In this document: positions 38,090 to 51,566 of the stretch, one piece after another
How the letters are laid out: each line of letters begins with the position of its first letter
Position numbering within the stretch: position 1 is the first letter of the stretch
Assembly: GCA_964187785.1 (NCBI GenBank)
Contig: OZ076409.1
Location: 62,808,001-62,872,000 of the forward strand
Origin: Amphiscolops sp. MND2022
Taxonomy: Eukaryota
DNA length: 64,000 bases
Reading direction: 5' to 3'
Program-made: the position numbers and the translations under genes
Notes under the pieces: model-generated
What the model was told of the DNA's origin: nothing
What the model saw: the letters and a program-made list of their open reading frames with translations, nothing else
Databases searched by the model: none

Positions 38090-38345
38090 ACTGTGAGTAG
38101 CTTCTCGCGTCACGCTAATCTCCACTCACTCAAAAAGCAGACGTCGGGATCTCTCGATTTGTTTTTAAAGCTGGGACCTCTTGGACTGTACCACACCGAC
38201 GGCATACGCTCAGACGTCGTCACCACTGTCCCTTGGGAAATGCGTAAGCAGTTGGTATGTGACGTCACGATTTTCGATCCCCTTGCACTCAGTCGCTTGA
38301 ACTCATCCCCTCTAGAATCACCGCCACTGATGCAGAATCACGGAA
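38090..38345 (+). pseudogene. Fragment of the same CRE-like restriction-like endonuclease (RLE) domain
   Basis: LGPLGLYHTDGIRSDVVTTVPWEMRKQLVCDVTIFDPLALSRLN parallels LEPHGLYRADGKRPDGVSMIPWEIGKQLVWDVTIVDALAPNRLN at 39649-39978. Confidence 0.7.
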
Positions 38346-39269
38346 TCTTGAGAAGTGTCAACGACGGCGAATACGATGACGACGGAAAATATTGATTGAC
38401 TGTGAATGGTCACTTCTCCTAATACCATTTGGTTCAACGTCATTTGGTTTAATTCATTGGGTCACTTGGCCTATTTTACCTAAAGCAAACGTCTTGGGGA
38501 AATTCTGTGAGTATTCTCGGAATAATACTTTTTGGCTGATAATCACTTAGTCAAAAATGCTTGACAGATTTTGTCGAAATTATCATTTCAACGTAGTCAG
38601 CTTTGTTCGCACCCCTAGTGCTCTAGATGCAGAAGCGCAGGAGCGAAGATCCATATTGCCATGCCTCAAGGTTGCTACAACAAGTACGCTAACCTTTTCG
38701 AATAATTTTTTATCCCTGCTGCTCTTTGAGACCTATTTTGTAAACTTGGCTGTATGTTAGTCACCACTTTTCTATACTGTACAATACTATACTCAAAGTC
38801 ATTTGCCCTAAAGTTTTGAAACCAAATGACTCGAAAATAAAATTGAGCCAAATGGTAATATTCAAAATACCTTTCAACCTGATTGGAAGAGGATACATCT
38901 CTCAGCTGGTCACACTGGAAGGAAGTACAGGGTGCTCTAGGTGAAAGTAGTGAAATGTTCATACCGTGCCTGTGTAAAATGCTCTATTGTTCGCAGCTTT
39001 CAAAATACGACTCATTGGTAAAACTCGATTCAACATGTTTGAATGTATCGTGGCGTGTTTTATGTCATCAGTTTTATTGACAATTGACAGTTCTATTGCC
39101 ATCAGTTTTATCTTTATTATTCTGCAATTTCAACGCATCAATGTCACAAATGATTGATTCTCTTTTTGTAACTATGAATTTTTCCTGAAATAGTAGGATT
39201 GTCCGCTGAAATGAAGAGGACAAAAGTCAGTGAATACTACAACTGAGCATCGTCGAGACCATTTATTTT

Positions 39270-42075
39270 TCCCTCTGTCAGATATCATGGATCTTTGTCA
39301 TCAAGTGCCATGTGTATCATCATGTTGGGCAGAGAAGACAGACACCAATGGTCCGCAACGAAAGTAGGCAACCGCGTACCTGCCACTTTCCCAGAAGACG
39401 AGTAACAAAAATAACAACCAACAACCTACTCATACCAGCCACTATCCCAGTCGACCGGTAGAAACATTTTTCAAAAAAGCTGAATAGATATAGAGGTTTA
39501 AAAATACTATATGTAACAAAACTCTTCGAACGCAATCTGTCGCTCTCAGTTCCTAAAACACAGGCCGCATTGCCGATCTGAAGAGCCATTGAATACCGTT
39601 GCTTCAAAAACCTGCCGGCTCGTTGATAGTCGTGCGAACGACAGTGCGTTAACAGAGACGCATGATGAAAATTTCACTGCTCGCGCCTAGAGAACCTTGT
39701 CCTTCCAAGGCCACCGGCTGAAAAATGTATCCATTGTCTATTAATTCGCGATGCGTCTCAATTTTACGCGCTTCAGCGTCGGTGCCGATGTTTGCCGGGT
39801 TGCATAAGGAGACTTGATTCAGGCGATTGGGTGCAAGAGCATCCACAATCGTGACATCCCACACCAGCTGTTTACCAATTTCCCAAGGAATCATTGAAAC
39901 ACCGTCTGGGCGTTTGCCATCAGCTCGGTACAGTCCATGCGGTTCGAGCAATGAAGGCAAGTCGAGAGAAACCAACATCAGCTTTATGAGAGAATTGAGA
40001 GTAGCATCACGCGAGAAGCGACCAGCACTCTTGGTGCAAGAAAGACCGTGTAAACCATCGCGTTCAACTCGTTTACCACAGTGGCACGTAAGCGGAACAC
40101 AGATGTTGGCTTCGAGACGTAAACCAATCGAATACCGATGCTGCTGATCATCGGCCTATGTTCTTGCGAGGAACGACGTTCAACCATTGAGACCTGAGTT
40201 CGCCTTGATGAGCGGTAAAAACTTTCGAACATTTGTCATCCATTCTAGAACTCAAATTTCTAGACAGGTTGTGTCCAATTTATCTGAGTTCCATCGAGAG
40301 GACTTTTCTTTTCATTAGTCAAACTCAACCATTTCTCATGCGCTTTTGTAAAGGAAACATCTCCTAATGTTTCCGACAAAATCGTCGTGAGAAAATCACT
40401 CGCACCAAAAGCTGAGGTCAAGTCAATAAGGCGGGAAGAGCTAATAATGATGCGGATGAAACACCAAGATTACCCATTTCAGCAGGCAGAGCCAGCTGAG
40501 TACTCGAATCATCGTCGAAGTTCACGTTACACACTTTGAAGAGCCTGTCGCGTACGGTTTTGTCAAACTTTTCCGAAAGAAGTGGATGATTAAAACTGGT
40601 TCTCAGAAAGTAAAACAACTTTGGCAGACTGAAGCAATATTTCAACACAAAAAAGCATAATATGCATGTAGTTTTTCAACAAATCCATTACCTTGTTCCA
40701 GTTCTTTAATTTTCTTTTCCAAAATGTCTGCCTGTGATTTCTGGCCGAGTCCTGAACCAAGAATGATAAATTCATGTTTCTTTGGTGGTTTGATCCCGAG
40801 GCAAAGCTTTTAGAAAGATGCTAAAATTGTCGATCGTCGTTTTTCAGTGATGTCAGCAAGAAAAAAATTTGCATTTCGTGGGTTTAACTTTTAGGTCCAG
40901 CGGTTTTTTCCGCTCCAACAATTTCTTTGAGATCTTTCAAAACGGTTTTGTAACCATCACTTAAATTTCCAAAGTCGAGGTACCATAAATTTGTTTTCGA
41001 CTACAAACTGTCAATCAGATCCTGAATGGAATCCGAAAAAAAGCTGGAGATTCAAGATCTCCTTGCTGGGTTCCTTCACAAGAATTGATTACTGAATCAC
41101 CGTAAAAAAACGAAAAATTGGCTGACTGTATGCCGAGTGTGAGCTCTTAAAACTTCAGGGTGTATTTCAAAAGTTTTCTCCAGCATGAATTGTCGGTTTA
41201 TCGGATTGAATGCGTTTTCGAAGTTAATTTTCAAAATTACGTTTTCTTTGGATCGGGGGTTTTCTATCAAATAACGGAAAACATGAGAGGCCAATTCAGC
41301 ACTTCTTTCGGTGCCTTCACCTACTTCTCGACTTCCGTATCTCGCTTGACGTGATTCGAAGACATGGTATCCGACTCATTTTGCGGACAACCGGCGGAAA
41401 GTATTGCCTAAAGTGATAGGACGAAGTCCTCCATCGGTCTTTTTCAGCGCGCGCAATTAGTTTTGCACGAAAGAAGTACGCCCGAAGTTCGAAAGGTACT
41501 TTTCCTTCAAAAATTGTTTTCACAAGATTTGTTAAAGCTCTGAGGTCAGTTCAGTTTGCCCGTTCGACTCGGCAGTCAAATCCTCCGAAACATGGGGCGA
41601 AATGCGTAAACCTGCACTAGAGCCGTTGGGAAAGGACTTGAGAGCATTGTGTACGAGAATCTCTGAGGTTGAAAAACAACCGATATCTGTTGGGTCCGAA
41701 ACTGAGCAAGTTTTCCTCTGCGGATGTTTCAGCTTGAGCACCGCGTAATTGTCGACCGTGAATTGTGCAAACGTGTCGTCGCCTACTGCCCTTCTGATTC
41801 CGGTCTTTACTCTATATTCGTCTAATTCAGTGCAAATAGAACGTAGTTGTCGATTTACCTCGCTTTTCGGCTGCGGTTTTCTGTCGCGTTTCTGTTTTTT
41901 TTTCAATGACACCATCCCGAATACGCTTGTTGATAGTTGCACTGAGTGATAAACTTTGACGTTTACCTCGTCGGTGTGGTGTTTCCAAAAAATAGCTTAG
42001 AGAGGTGAGCATTGAACAACTTAATGCAATATTTGACAAGGTTTCACAAATATCATTACTTTTGGGTATCAAGTT
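39270..42075 (-). mobile_element. Decayed CRE-clade non-LTR retrotransposon (RT + RLE endonuclease)
   Basis: Frameshifted pieces: FPNGSSAG, KINFENAFN (RT), GTQQGD, WYLD, LALPAEMGNLG, then CxC/H-rich region, RPDG..IPW..GKQLVWDVT (PD-D/ExK RLE) and SMALQIGNAACVLGT. The 3' region is also copied at ~42770-43020 (+) and ~51225-51400 (+). Confidence 0.8.
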
Positions 42076-43879
42076 TTCAGCTAATTATTGGTTATGGGTA
42101 AACAGCTGGTGTGGGATGTCATGGTTCTGGTAGCTCTTGCGCACAGTCGTCTGAATCAAGGCTTTTAATGCAACCCGGGAACCACTGCCATCGAAGCTGA
42201 AGCGGGTAAAAATGCGAAGTATTGCGAAGTAATAGACAATAGATACATTTTTCAATCTATTGCAAACCTGTATGATCATTTTGAAAATCAAAAAATGAAT
42301 TGAAATCAAAATTTATAATTATGGCCTAAATTATTGCTGCAAACAAATAATTTTTATGTGACACATCATAAATTGAAGTTGACGGTTTCGACAACATGGT
42401 CAAATTTCACTGTCTGAGTTCGACAGTAAACGTTGATTACGTATCCGCAGCCCGACTGGTTTCGACAGGTCTGTTTATACAGTGATAAAGTATTTCTGAT
42501 AATGGCGGGACTCGCCAAGATATCGTCTGAAAAGAGATATTTAGGGACGTGCGAGAAGTTAGACATTTGCTTTGGTGTTTTTCTGTTCTTTCAATCTACC
42601 AACTTTCTTCCAAACTTCTTGACGCTGAAATTAAAACTTCCTTTAAATATCCATTTCAACCTCAACCTATAATCTGAAATAACATTTAATATAACTTAAC
42701 CTTCTTTTGGAGTCAACTCCACTTTCATCAAATTCAACGAAACGTTCAACTCACAACGTTTGAAATCGATGGCCGTGGAGGTACACGCGTCTCTGTAAAA
42801 TGCTCTTTCGTTCGCAAGACCATCAACGAGCTCACAGTTTTTTAAAACAACGGATTTCGTTGGTTATCAGATTGGCAATGCGGCCTGTGTTCTAGGAACT
42901 GTGAGCGACAGAGGTGCGTTCAAAGAAAATTATTGCAATTAGTTAATTTTTGAAAAAAACCTGTGTGTCATTGCAGCTCCTTGAACAAATGTTTCTATCG
43001 GTCGACTGGGATAATCGGTATGGAACCAAATTGTAGAAAACCAGTTTATAGAATCCAGTTTGTAGAAAAGTGAGGTTCAGTTTGTAGGATTTTTTCTACA
43101 GACTGGACCAGGGTATTATTTTTACGACCAGTTTGTAGAAAAACTGACCAGTTTGTAGAAAAAAAGTTTGTAGAATCGAGTTTGTAAATCATCAATTCAA
43201 GAAAAAAGTTAAGAACAATCATGTAGGAATGATGTAAGTTATAAAACGTGCCTCGCATTTGTCCGCATTTCCTCTAGTGCACGGCGGCTCCTTGGGGCCG
43301 CTTTTGTACCCATCGTAATAAGTGAGGTCAAACAGGAGGTGTGGTATATTTGGATCAAATTTTTGAAATTTTTTTGTGAGCGAAAATCGAGATCGAAACT
43401 TTTGAGATCGAACTGTTTAGTTTTTGCTTCTGCAAAGCGTTTAAATGCGTTTAAAATTTTTTAAGTAGTTCCCCCCGCCTAAGAGCGAGTCATATACGGT
43501 ATATGCACGCTTGCCCTCACTGTCGCAAAGACCAGCTCCCACCACGATCGCTCCGCGATCCTCCGTTCCCGCTAAATCTTTGCTCCTATTCGACCTCACT
43601 TAGAAAGATGGGAACATAAGCGGCCCCAAGGGGCTGCGGGGAACTAGAGGAAATGGGGGCATATCAGACGGCCAAAAACAATGTTATTTGGATCCGCTAG
43701 GTATTTGAAAACATTGATTCGATCTCATTTTCTTTGACCATTTCACTTCGATCTCCGATCTCAAGGACAGATTGTATTTTCGCGCAAATTCATTCAATCC
43801 AAACGCCCACAGCCGAACAGGAGCAAAACCTAGCGGGAACAGAGGAAGCAAGGTAAGGCAGACAACACGACACTGTCAG

Positions 43880-45500
43880 CGTATCGACCGATGCCAATTG
43901 GATGCCAGGCTGGTAAGTTTCTTCAAAAAATTCAACCTGATAGACGAAGAGCAGGAAGGCTTACATTCCAACACGAGCACAGTAAGGTCGTTGTAGAGGT
44001 TGAAAATGGAATGACAAGAATGAGCGGGAAAAAAGGCGCCTTGATATTCATTGACTTCGAGAAGGCTTTCGTTTCCGTATGGAACAATGGACCGCTCAAA
44101 AAACTCTATCAATCGGGACTTAGAGGTAACTTCAAAAGATTGATTGAAAATTTTTTGAAACGCCAATAACTCAGCCTAGAAACTAGTAATCTGAGAATCC
44201 AATACTTTGGAGCCAAAGATGGACTCCCACAAGGTATTGTGTTATCACCAATTCTGTTCTTTTTTTGTTTCCGACATGTTCAAAATCCTCTACTGTACGA
44301 TGTTCAAATTCGCTGACGATGGAAACCTCCGAGTGACAGGAGACACTGGAACTCAAATCTATCTGAATTGTCAATTTATTCTCAAACAACTGGAACGGTT
44401 GTGCAAAAGTTGGTGGATCGCAGTCAATGGTGATAAGACGTCAATATTCAACCTCAACAATGAGAACACGCACACCCCGAAGTTTTTTAGCGAAGCCTGC
44501 AAGGTCACCAAAAAGGCAAAAATCCTGGGTTTGATTGTTGACAACAAACTGATTTTCAACGAACATCTACATTAGGTAGAAGGGAAAATTGCTGAGCAGC
44601 TGAACATGTTTAAAAAGTTTTGTGGCTCTAATAGGTGTGTAAAGTAACCAACGCTCATAATGCTTTACCAAACTCTAGTGCTCCCCCGACTTCTGTGCGC
44701 GGCACTTGTGTGGGCCAGGAAACACGTTCAAGCGTTTAGGCGATTCCAATACACAACGCTCAAACTTAGCATAGGTACAAGTACGAAATTCGACCAGTTG
44801 GCAGCTGAAATACTGTACGGTCTCCCGCCTATGCAATCACAAATTAACATTACCACTCCTAAATTTGGAATTAAGCTTTCGAAATCGCAGGACATTTTTG
44901 GAAACTGTACCGGAAATGTCAATTTCCAAAAATATAAAGTGATAAAAACCTCATTGACGATTTTTATAAAGTCACACGTGCAACAAATTGTTTCACGGTG
45001 TCAACTTGCCATGCGTATCTGAAAAGTAGATGGAATAGAAAACCTAAGAACGCGCTCACGACTATCCCACTGGATTGGTCAATCACACAAATTGAATTGG
45101 AAGGGATTGTCTATCCAAAAACAAAGCAGACACCTCAAATCTACTCCCAACAAGCCCCGTTTGAATTGAAACGTGGAGCTGGCAGAATTTGCGTACAAAA
45201 TTTGGCGAGCGGAGACTCCACTATGCCCTTGTTGAGCAAATACAGAATCAGTCCTGCAATACTCATTCTTAGGCCTCCTGTACGAGCAGTTTCGTGCGCC
45301 CGAACTTGCCACAGGAAATATCTTTTCACTTGGCTGAATCACGAGCGTAAAAAATTTCATCAAAGATTCAGGATGTTTCGAAAGTAGAACAGAAAGGAAA
45401 CGGCACTTTCAAGACAAGTACTTTACTACTGAAGACGCATAATTTTTGAGGCAATGACTAACAGACCTTCAACTTTTACTTCATTTACACAGAACTGATA
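43880..45500 (+). pseudogene. 5'-truncated, decayed LINE reverse transcriptase (Jockey/CR1/I-like)
   Basis: FIDFEKAFVSVW..GPLKKL...GLRG, PQG.VLSP, FADDG, KILGLIVDNKLIFNEH and LYQTLVLPRL motifs; multiple stops and frameshifts. Confidence 0.8.
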
Positions 45501-46997
45501 CCACGTGCCTGAAACATATTTGTTAAATTAACCCGCAACTTAGGGGTTGTGTAGATTCTATCCCCCACCTAATTTGGGGGTCATGTACAGTGTATGCACG
45601 TTAGCCCTCACTGTCGTAAAGACCAGCTCCCACCACTATCGCTTCGCGATCTCCGTTCCCGCTATGGGGTGGCTGTAAATAGGTCGAATTTTTCTGGTCG
45701 AAAGGACAAAGGTCGAAGCTTTTGATCGAATTGCAGGGATCGAATGGAAGGTAAGGGGTCACTTGGGTTAATGGCATCTGGCTTGAAGTCATTTGACTTA
45801 ATACAATTGGTCACTTGACCTAATTTTTGTAAGCCAAGTGTCTCGGGTTTTGGCTTAAAATTACTTAGTTGAAAATACGTGGCAGATTTTGTCGATTTTA
45901 TTATTATAACGTCGTCAGCGTATAATTATAACGTCATATCAAGCACCCCTCGTATATGTCCCCATTTCCTCTAGTGCCCCCTGCCCCTTGGGGCCGCTTA
46001 CATTTCCATCTTGCTAAGCGAGGTCAAACAGGAGCAAAGACCTAGCGGGAACGGAGATCGCGGAGCGATCGTAGTGGAAGCTGGTCTTTGCGACGATGAG
46101 GGCGAGCATGCATACACCGCATATGCCCCACATTGATATTTCCGTGAGTTGACTTATTTATTCCGTGGGTTGGAATGGAGTTGGCTTAATTTTGTGGTCA
46201 CTTGGCTCTAAATTTACAAGCTAAATGACCCGACGAAAAAAGTAGGCCAAATGATTTTAAGCCAATATACTAGTGACCTGAATGGAATGCGGTCGAATTC
46301 GATCGAAGCCTCGGGTCGAAAACGTTTTTTGTTTGCCTCAATTCGGTTGACTATCATAATGTGGGGCATATGCTGTGTATGCACGCTCGCCCTCACCGTC
46401 GCAAAGACCAGCTCCCACTACGATCTCTTCGCGATTTCCGTTCACGCTGGGTCTTTGCTCCTGTTCGACCTCGCTTAGCAAGATGGGAATATACGCATCC
46501 ACGTGACGCCGACCCACAAATTCAAGAAATGGAAATTCAACAGTACATCCATCGTAAGGACAGCAAGATTATTGAATGTTTTTCCCAACCGATCGAAAGC
46601 AAAACACTTACTGGAACCAGTTTGTAGAAAACCAGTTTGTAGAATCCAGTTTGTACAAAACTGAGGTCCAGTTCATAGACTTTTTTTCTACAAACTGTAT
46701 TCAACAAACTGGTATTCTACAAACTGGTTGGGTCCACTTTGTAGAACACCAGTTTGTAGATTTTTGGAATGGAAGAAAAACAATACGACCAAAAATGTAG
46801 GATTGATGAAAAGTACAAAACGTGCCACATCAAACACCTAAAGGTTGAAAACATTCATGATGTGGCTTCCTTTCAACAATTCATCAGAAGAGTATCTTCT
46901 TTTTTGAAAAAAAACATTCAGTAAATGTTCCCTCGTGCACACACATATCAAGAGTCCGTATTGAAGATTAGGTTTCATGTATGTGTTGTAAAATATT

Positions 46998-47440
46998 ACC
47001 AAGGGGCCGCCGTGCACTAGAGGAAATGCGGACAAATGCGAGGTACGTTTTATAACTTACATCATTCCTACATGATTGGTCTTATTTTTTTTCTTCTTGA
47101 ATTGACGATTTACAAACTCGATTCTACAAACTGTTTTTCTACAAACTGGTCAGTTTTTCTACAAACTGGTCGTAAAAATAGCACCCTGGTCCAGTTTGGG
47201 GAAAAAATCCTACAAAGTGGACCTCACTTTTCAACAAACTGGACCAGGGTTTTAATTTTACTACCAGTTTGTAGAAAATTTGACCAATTTGTAGAAAAAC
47301 CGTTTGTAGAATCGAGTTTGTAAATCATCAATTCAAGAAGAAAAACAATAAGACCAATCATGTAGGGATGATGTAAGTTATAAAACGTGCCTCGCATTTG
47401 TCCGCATTTCCTCTAGTGCACCGCGGCCCCTTGGGGCCGC
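46998..47440. repeat. Large imperfect palindrome with CCAGTTTGTAGAA subrepeats; right arm duplicated at ~43100-43540
   Basis: 47000-47180 is the reverse complement of ~47255-47440 (for example GCACTAGAGGAAATGCGGACAAATGCGAGG versus CCTCGCATTTGTCCGCATTTCCTCTAGTGC). Confidence 0.8.
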
Positions 47441-47683
47441 TTTTGTTCCCATCTTAATAAGTGAGGTCAAACAAGAGGTGTGGTATATTTGGATCAATTT
47501 TTTGTGTGAGCGAAAATCGAGATCGAAAGTTTTGAGATCGAACTGTTTAGTTTTTGCTAAGTTTTTGCTCCTGCAAAGCGTTTAAATGCGTTTAAAAGTT
47601 TTTAGGTAGTTCCCCCTCCTAATAGCGAGTCATGTACGGTGTATGCACGCTTGCCCTCACCGTCGCAAAGACCAGCTCCCACC

Positions 47684-49389
47684 CAGGGATATCAAAACCA
47701 ATACCAATACCAATACCAAAACCAATACCAATACCACAATACCAATACCAATACCAATACCGTGCAAATCCTCAATACCAATACCAATACCAATACCAAT
47801 ACCAATACCAAACTTCTTCAATACCTCAATACCATTTTTGAATACCTTATATTTGCACAATTTTTACAATTTTGTATTCCCACTACGCATTCCTAATTTT
47901 TTTTTCACTTTTTTTGTACCGCGTTGAGCTTTTGACAATTTTTGTTTTCTCCAAAATTTCCTACCACACATTGAATAAAGTCATGGATGAGAAATTCAGT
48001 TTGATCACCAGCCAAATTGAAAGTCTGCTCAAGAATCGTGCTACTGAACAATTTCTCACCATCACTTTTGACAAATGGTCTGCCCAAGATGGAAAAAAGT
48101 ACATTGGTGTATATGTCTATGTGGAGGAGAAATCAATTTTTCCTGGATTGATTCCTTATAAACATTTTTGTGGCAGTGAAGAAATTGCGGCACATCTCCG
48201 GAAGTTACTGGATCTCTTTAGTTTAAAACCAAGTGGTATTACTGTTTCGTTTACGGATTGTGGTGCAGATGTGCAAAATGTTGCTGACATTTTTGGTTGG
48301 TTCTCGTTCCCTTGCCTCGCTCATGTCATTAATTTGTGTGTAAAAAAATAATTTTTGCAAACCCTGATGACGACAATATCGCACTGGAAGATGGCATTGA
48401 AGATCCGTTGGAGGATGCCGATATCGCGGTCGGGAAATTCCAAGATACTATCGAAATCATGCGTAGAGTGACTAAGAAGATTCACAGTTCATCGAAGATC
48501 ATGGATGCTCTTGAAAAAGTTCAACAAGACGCGGGACGACTGCCGTTAAAAATAATATGTGAAAATTCCACGCGTTGGAATTCCGTGTATGACTCTATGA
48601 AACGTTTCCTTCAACTCAAACCTTCACTTTGTCTTTTACTTTCCGAAGAGTTGGTTGAATTTGATTGGGATAAACTAGAAAGGACTTGTAAGTTGTAACA
48701 GCCATTCAAAGAGTGCACTATGAAACTCCAAGATGCCGGTACCTCTGCAGATACTGCTAAAAAGGTCATACTTCATCTCCAACCGCGAGTACAGAAAATG
48801 AACGTCGAGGTAAAAGCTGTGTTGACAAATTGGTTGACTGACAATCATTTTGTGGAAGCCCTCATAAGAAAACGGGTGGACTTTTATGACATGATGAAAG
48901 ATCAGCTGATATAAGAGGGATATGCTGAAAATGAGCATTTGTACAATCTCGACAACGATATTACCTTTGAAGACTTCTCTAAAAAGGTGACTGAAGATGA
49001 CTTCTGCATTAAAAACTACTTGAGAAGCTCTCGCCCACGAGTGTTGATCCCGAGCGTCTATTCTCCTTATGCAGATACTTAAAAAACTATTCACAAAATC
49101 GCATGACGGCTGAAAACCACGCGCGCAATGTCTTTATTACAAAAAACACCAAGTTCCTTCCACCTTCTGTGTAACTTGGTTTGATTTGCAATCAATTTAT
49201 TTTTCAATTCAAATTGTAATACACTATACCCTTTACTTTCAGAGAGATATTAGTATTTCGATCAATGCCAATATATGCGATCAGGTATTGATCAATACCA
49301 ATACTTGAGGCCAGGTATTGATCAATACCAATACGAATACCAAATTTGCTCAATACCAATACCAAAGTTTCGAGGTATTGATTTCCCTG
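47684..49389 (+). mobile_element. hAT DNA transposon with defective transposase
   Basis: TIRs CAGGGATATCAAAACC / CAGGGAAATCAATACC; perfect 8-bp TSD CTCCCACC; (CAATAC)n subterminal arrays; transposase motifs ITFDKWS, TDCGADV, PCLAHVINL and TRWNS split across ORFs 47872-48351, 48336-48698 and 48720-48914. Confidence 0.92.
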
Positions 49390-49648
49390 CTCCCACCACG
49401 ATCGCTTCGCGATACTCCGTTCCCGCCAAATCTTTGCACCTGTTCGACCTCGCTTAGCAAGATGGGAACATATGCGGCCCCAAGGGGTCGAGGGGCACTA
49501 GAGGAAATGGGGACATATCCGAGACACGTTTTATACTTTTCTAGAAAATTCTATCTGCGGCAATTCGATTTCGTGCCCAAAAATCAAAATTTCGATCCGA
49601 GTTGTTTCTATCCCATTCAAAAACTTGGCGTGTCGACCCGAGGACTAA

Positions 49649-50007
49649 CGGGTCAGGGACATTTCGTCACCAGCCATTTGGGCGACGATAAGGCGTCGGT
49701 CACATGGGCGACAAAAGTGTCGACCAAATGGGTTGATCAAATTGATCAATTAACTGACATATTTGAAGAGGTTAGCATATTTGTTGTATGGATCGGTCGC
49801 TTCGCTCCCTTCGCCAAGTAGCAACATTGAGGCATGGCAATAAGGCACGTCGCTCCGCTTCGCTTCGCTCCTGCATTTAGGGCACTAGGCGTGTGAGAAC
49901 ATATTTGGCCATTTAGTCTACGGGACATTTGGGCGACATTTTTGTCGCCGAAATGGCCCTGAAATTTTTGTCGCCCAAATGGCTGGTGACGAAACGTCCC
50001 TGCCCCG
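49649..50007. mobile_element. MITE with ~38-bp TIRs
   Basis: CGGGTCAGGGACATTTCGTCACCAGCCATTTGGGCGAC ... GTCGCCCAAATGGCTGGTGACGAAACGTCCCTGCCCCG; TSD not resolved. Confidence 0.75.
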
Positions 50008-51566
50008 GACGACAAATGGTCACTTGGCTTAATACCATTTGGCTTAAAGTCACTTGGCCTAATGACATTAGGAGTAAAGATAAGTGTCGTGATAAAAAAA
50101 ACTTCTATTGAGTAAACGTTTTCGACGTTTCCGTCATTGTCAAACTCTAGAAACAAATTATACATAAAACAATAGCAAACAACTTTAAGTTTTCAAAAAC
50201 TATAAACATTAAAACAAGTAATCCAGCACACTGGTTAACAGCTATCTTTAATTACACATTGAGACATCGACTAATGACATTAGTCACTTGGCCTAATTTT
50301 TTAAAGCTAAGTGTCTCAGGTATTGGTCACTTGGCCTAAAGTGACTTGACTTAAAACCACTTATGTGAAAACACCTGGAAGCTTTTGTCGAATTTATCAT
50401 TGTAACGTAGTCAGCGTATTATTATAACTGTCATATCAAGTACCCCTCGGATATTTCCCCATTTCCTCTAGTGCCCTGCGGCCCCTTGGGGCCGCATATT
50501 TTCCCATCTTGCTAAGCGAGGTCGAACAGGAGCAAAGACCTAGCGGGAACGGAGATCGCGGAGCGATCGTAGTGGGAGCTGGTCTTTGCGACGGTGAGGG
50601 CGAGCGTGCATACACCGTATATGCCCCGCATTATGATATTTCTGGGAGTTGACTTATTTATTCCGTGAGTTGGAATGGAGTTGGCTTAATTTCGTGGTCA
50701 CTTGGCTTGAAATTTTCAAGCCAAGTGACTCAAGAAAAAAATTAAGCCAACCCCCCCCCCCCCGGACTGACTCTGATTTCCGATCCCGTTCCTTCGACCT
50801 ACTTCCGCCCACCCCCGCTATGTCTTCGCTCCTGTACCACCTCGCTTAGGAAGATGGGAACACTGGAGGTAATGGCGGCATATCAGACGGCCAAAAACAT
50901 TGTTATTTGAAAACGCTAGGTATTTGAAGACATTGATTCGATCTAATTTTCTTTGACCATTTCACTTCCATCTCAGTGACAGATGGTATTTTCGCGCAAA
51001 TTCATTCAATCCAAATGCCCACCGCCGAACAGGAGCAAAGACCTAGCGGGAACCGATTTCGCGAAGCGATCGTAGTTGGAGCTGGTCTTTGCGACGGTGA
51101 GGGCGAGCGTGCATTTACCGGATATGCCCCACATTTCAGTTTTTGGATCATTCCTTTAGATCTTAGGCATTGGAGCTCTCAGGATGTCCAGTTTGTAACA
51201 AAAAATTCTCCAAACTGGACCTAATTCGGATAGTGGCTTTTATGAGTAGTTTGTTGGTTGTTTTTTTTTGTTACTGGGATAGTGGCTGGTATGGGGTTCC
51301 CTACTTTTGTTGCAGACCACGGGTGTGTGTTTTCTCCCCCAACATGATGATACACATGGCACTTCATTGATGACGAAGATCCTTGATAACTGATAGTGGA
51401 AAAATTGCAGTTCGGCAATTGCGTCACCGAGCCTACGCAAACAAAATTGTTTCATGTATATGTATATGATTCATGTATAAATATGTCGATGTTTAAGCTG
51501 CTTTCAGACTGCTGATATGTAAATTGTCAACATGTGTCCGACAATTGTTTACTAACTGAATCCATA

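Larger units (their letters stand above)
43490..51132. repeat. Cluster of a ~175-bp GC-rich structured repeat (at least 7 full or partial copies, both strands)
   Basis: Core GCACGCTCGCCCTCACCGTCGCAAAGACCAGCTCCCACTACGATCGC...GCGGCCCCAAGGGGCCGC..CACTAGAGGAAATGGGG at about 43490(+), 45580(+), 45953(-), 46361(+), 47630/49390(+, split by hAT), 50450(-), 51025(-). Confidence 0.85.

Noticed and set aside
43615..43650. Hammerhead ribozyme within the structured repeat
   Set aside because: No CTGANGA...GAAA catalytic core in the required arrangement on either strand.
47632..47927. Low-complexity ORFs (QYQY, NTNT, IPIP)
   Set aside because: Translations of the (CAATAC)n subterminal array of the hAT element.
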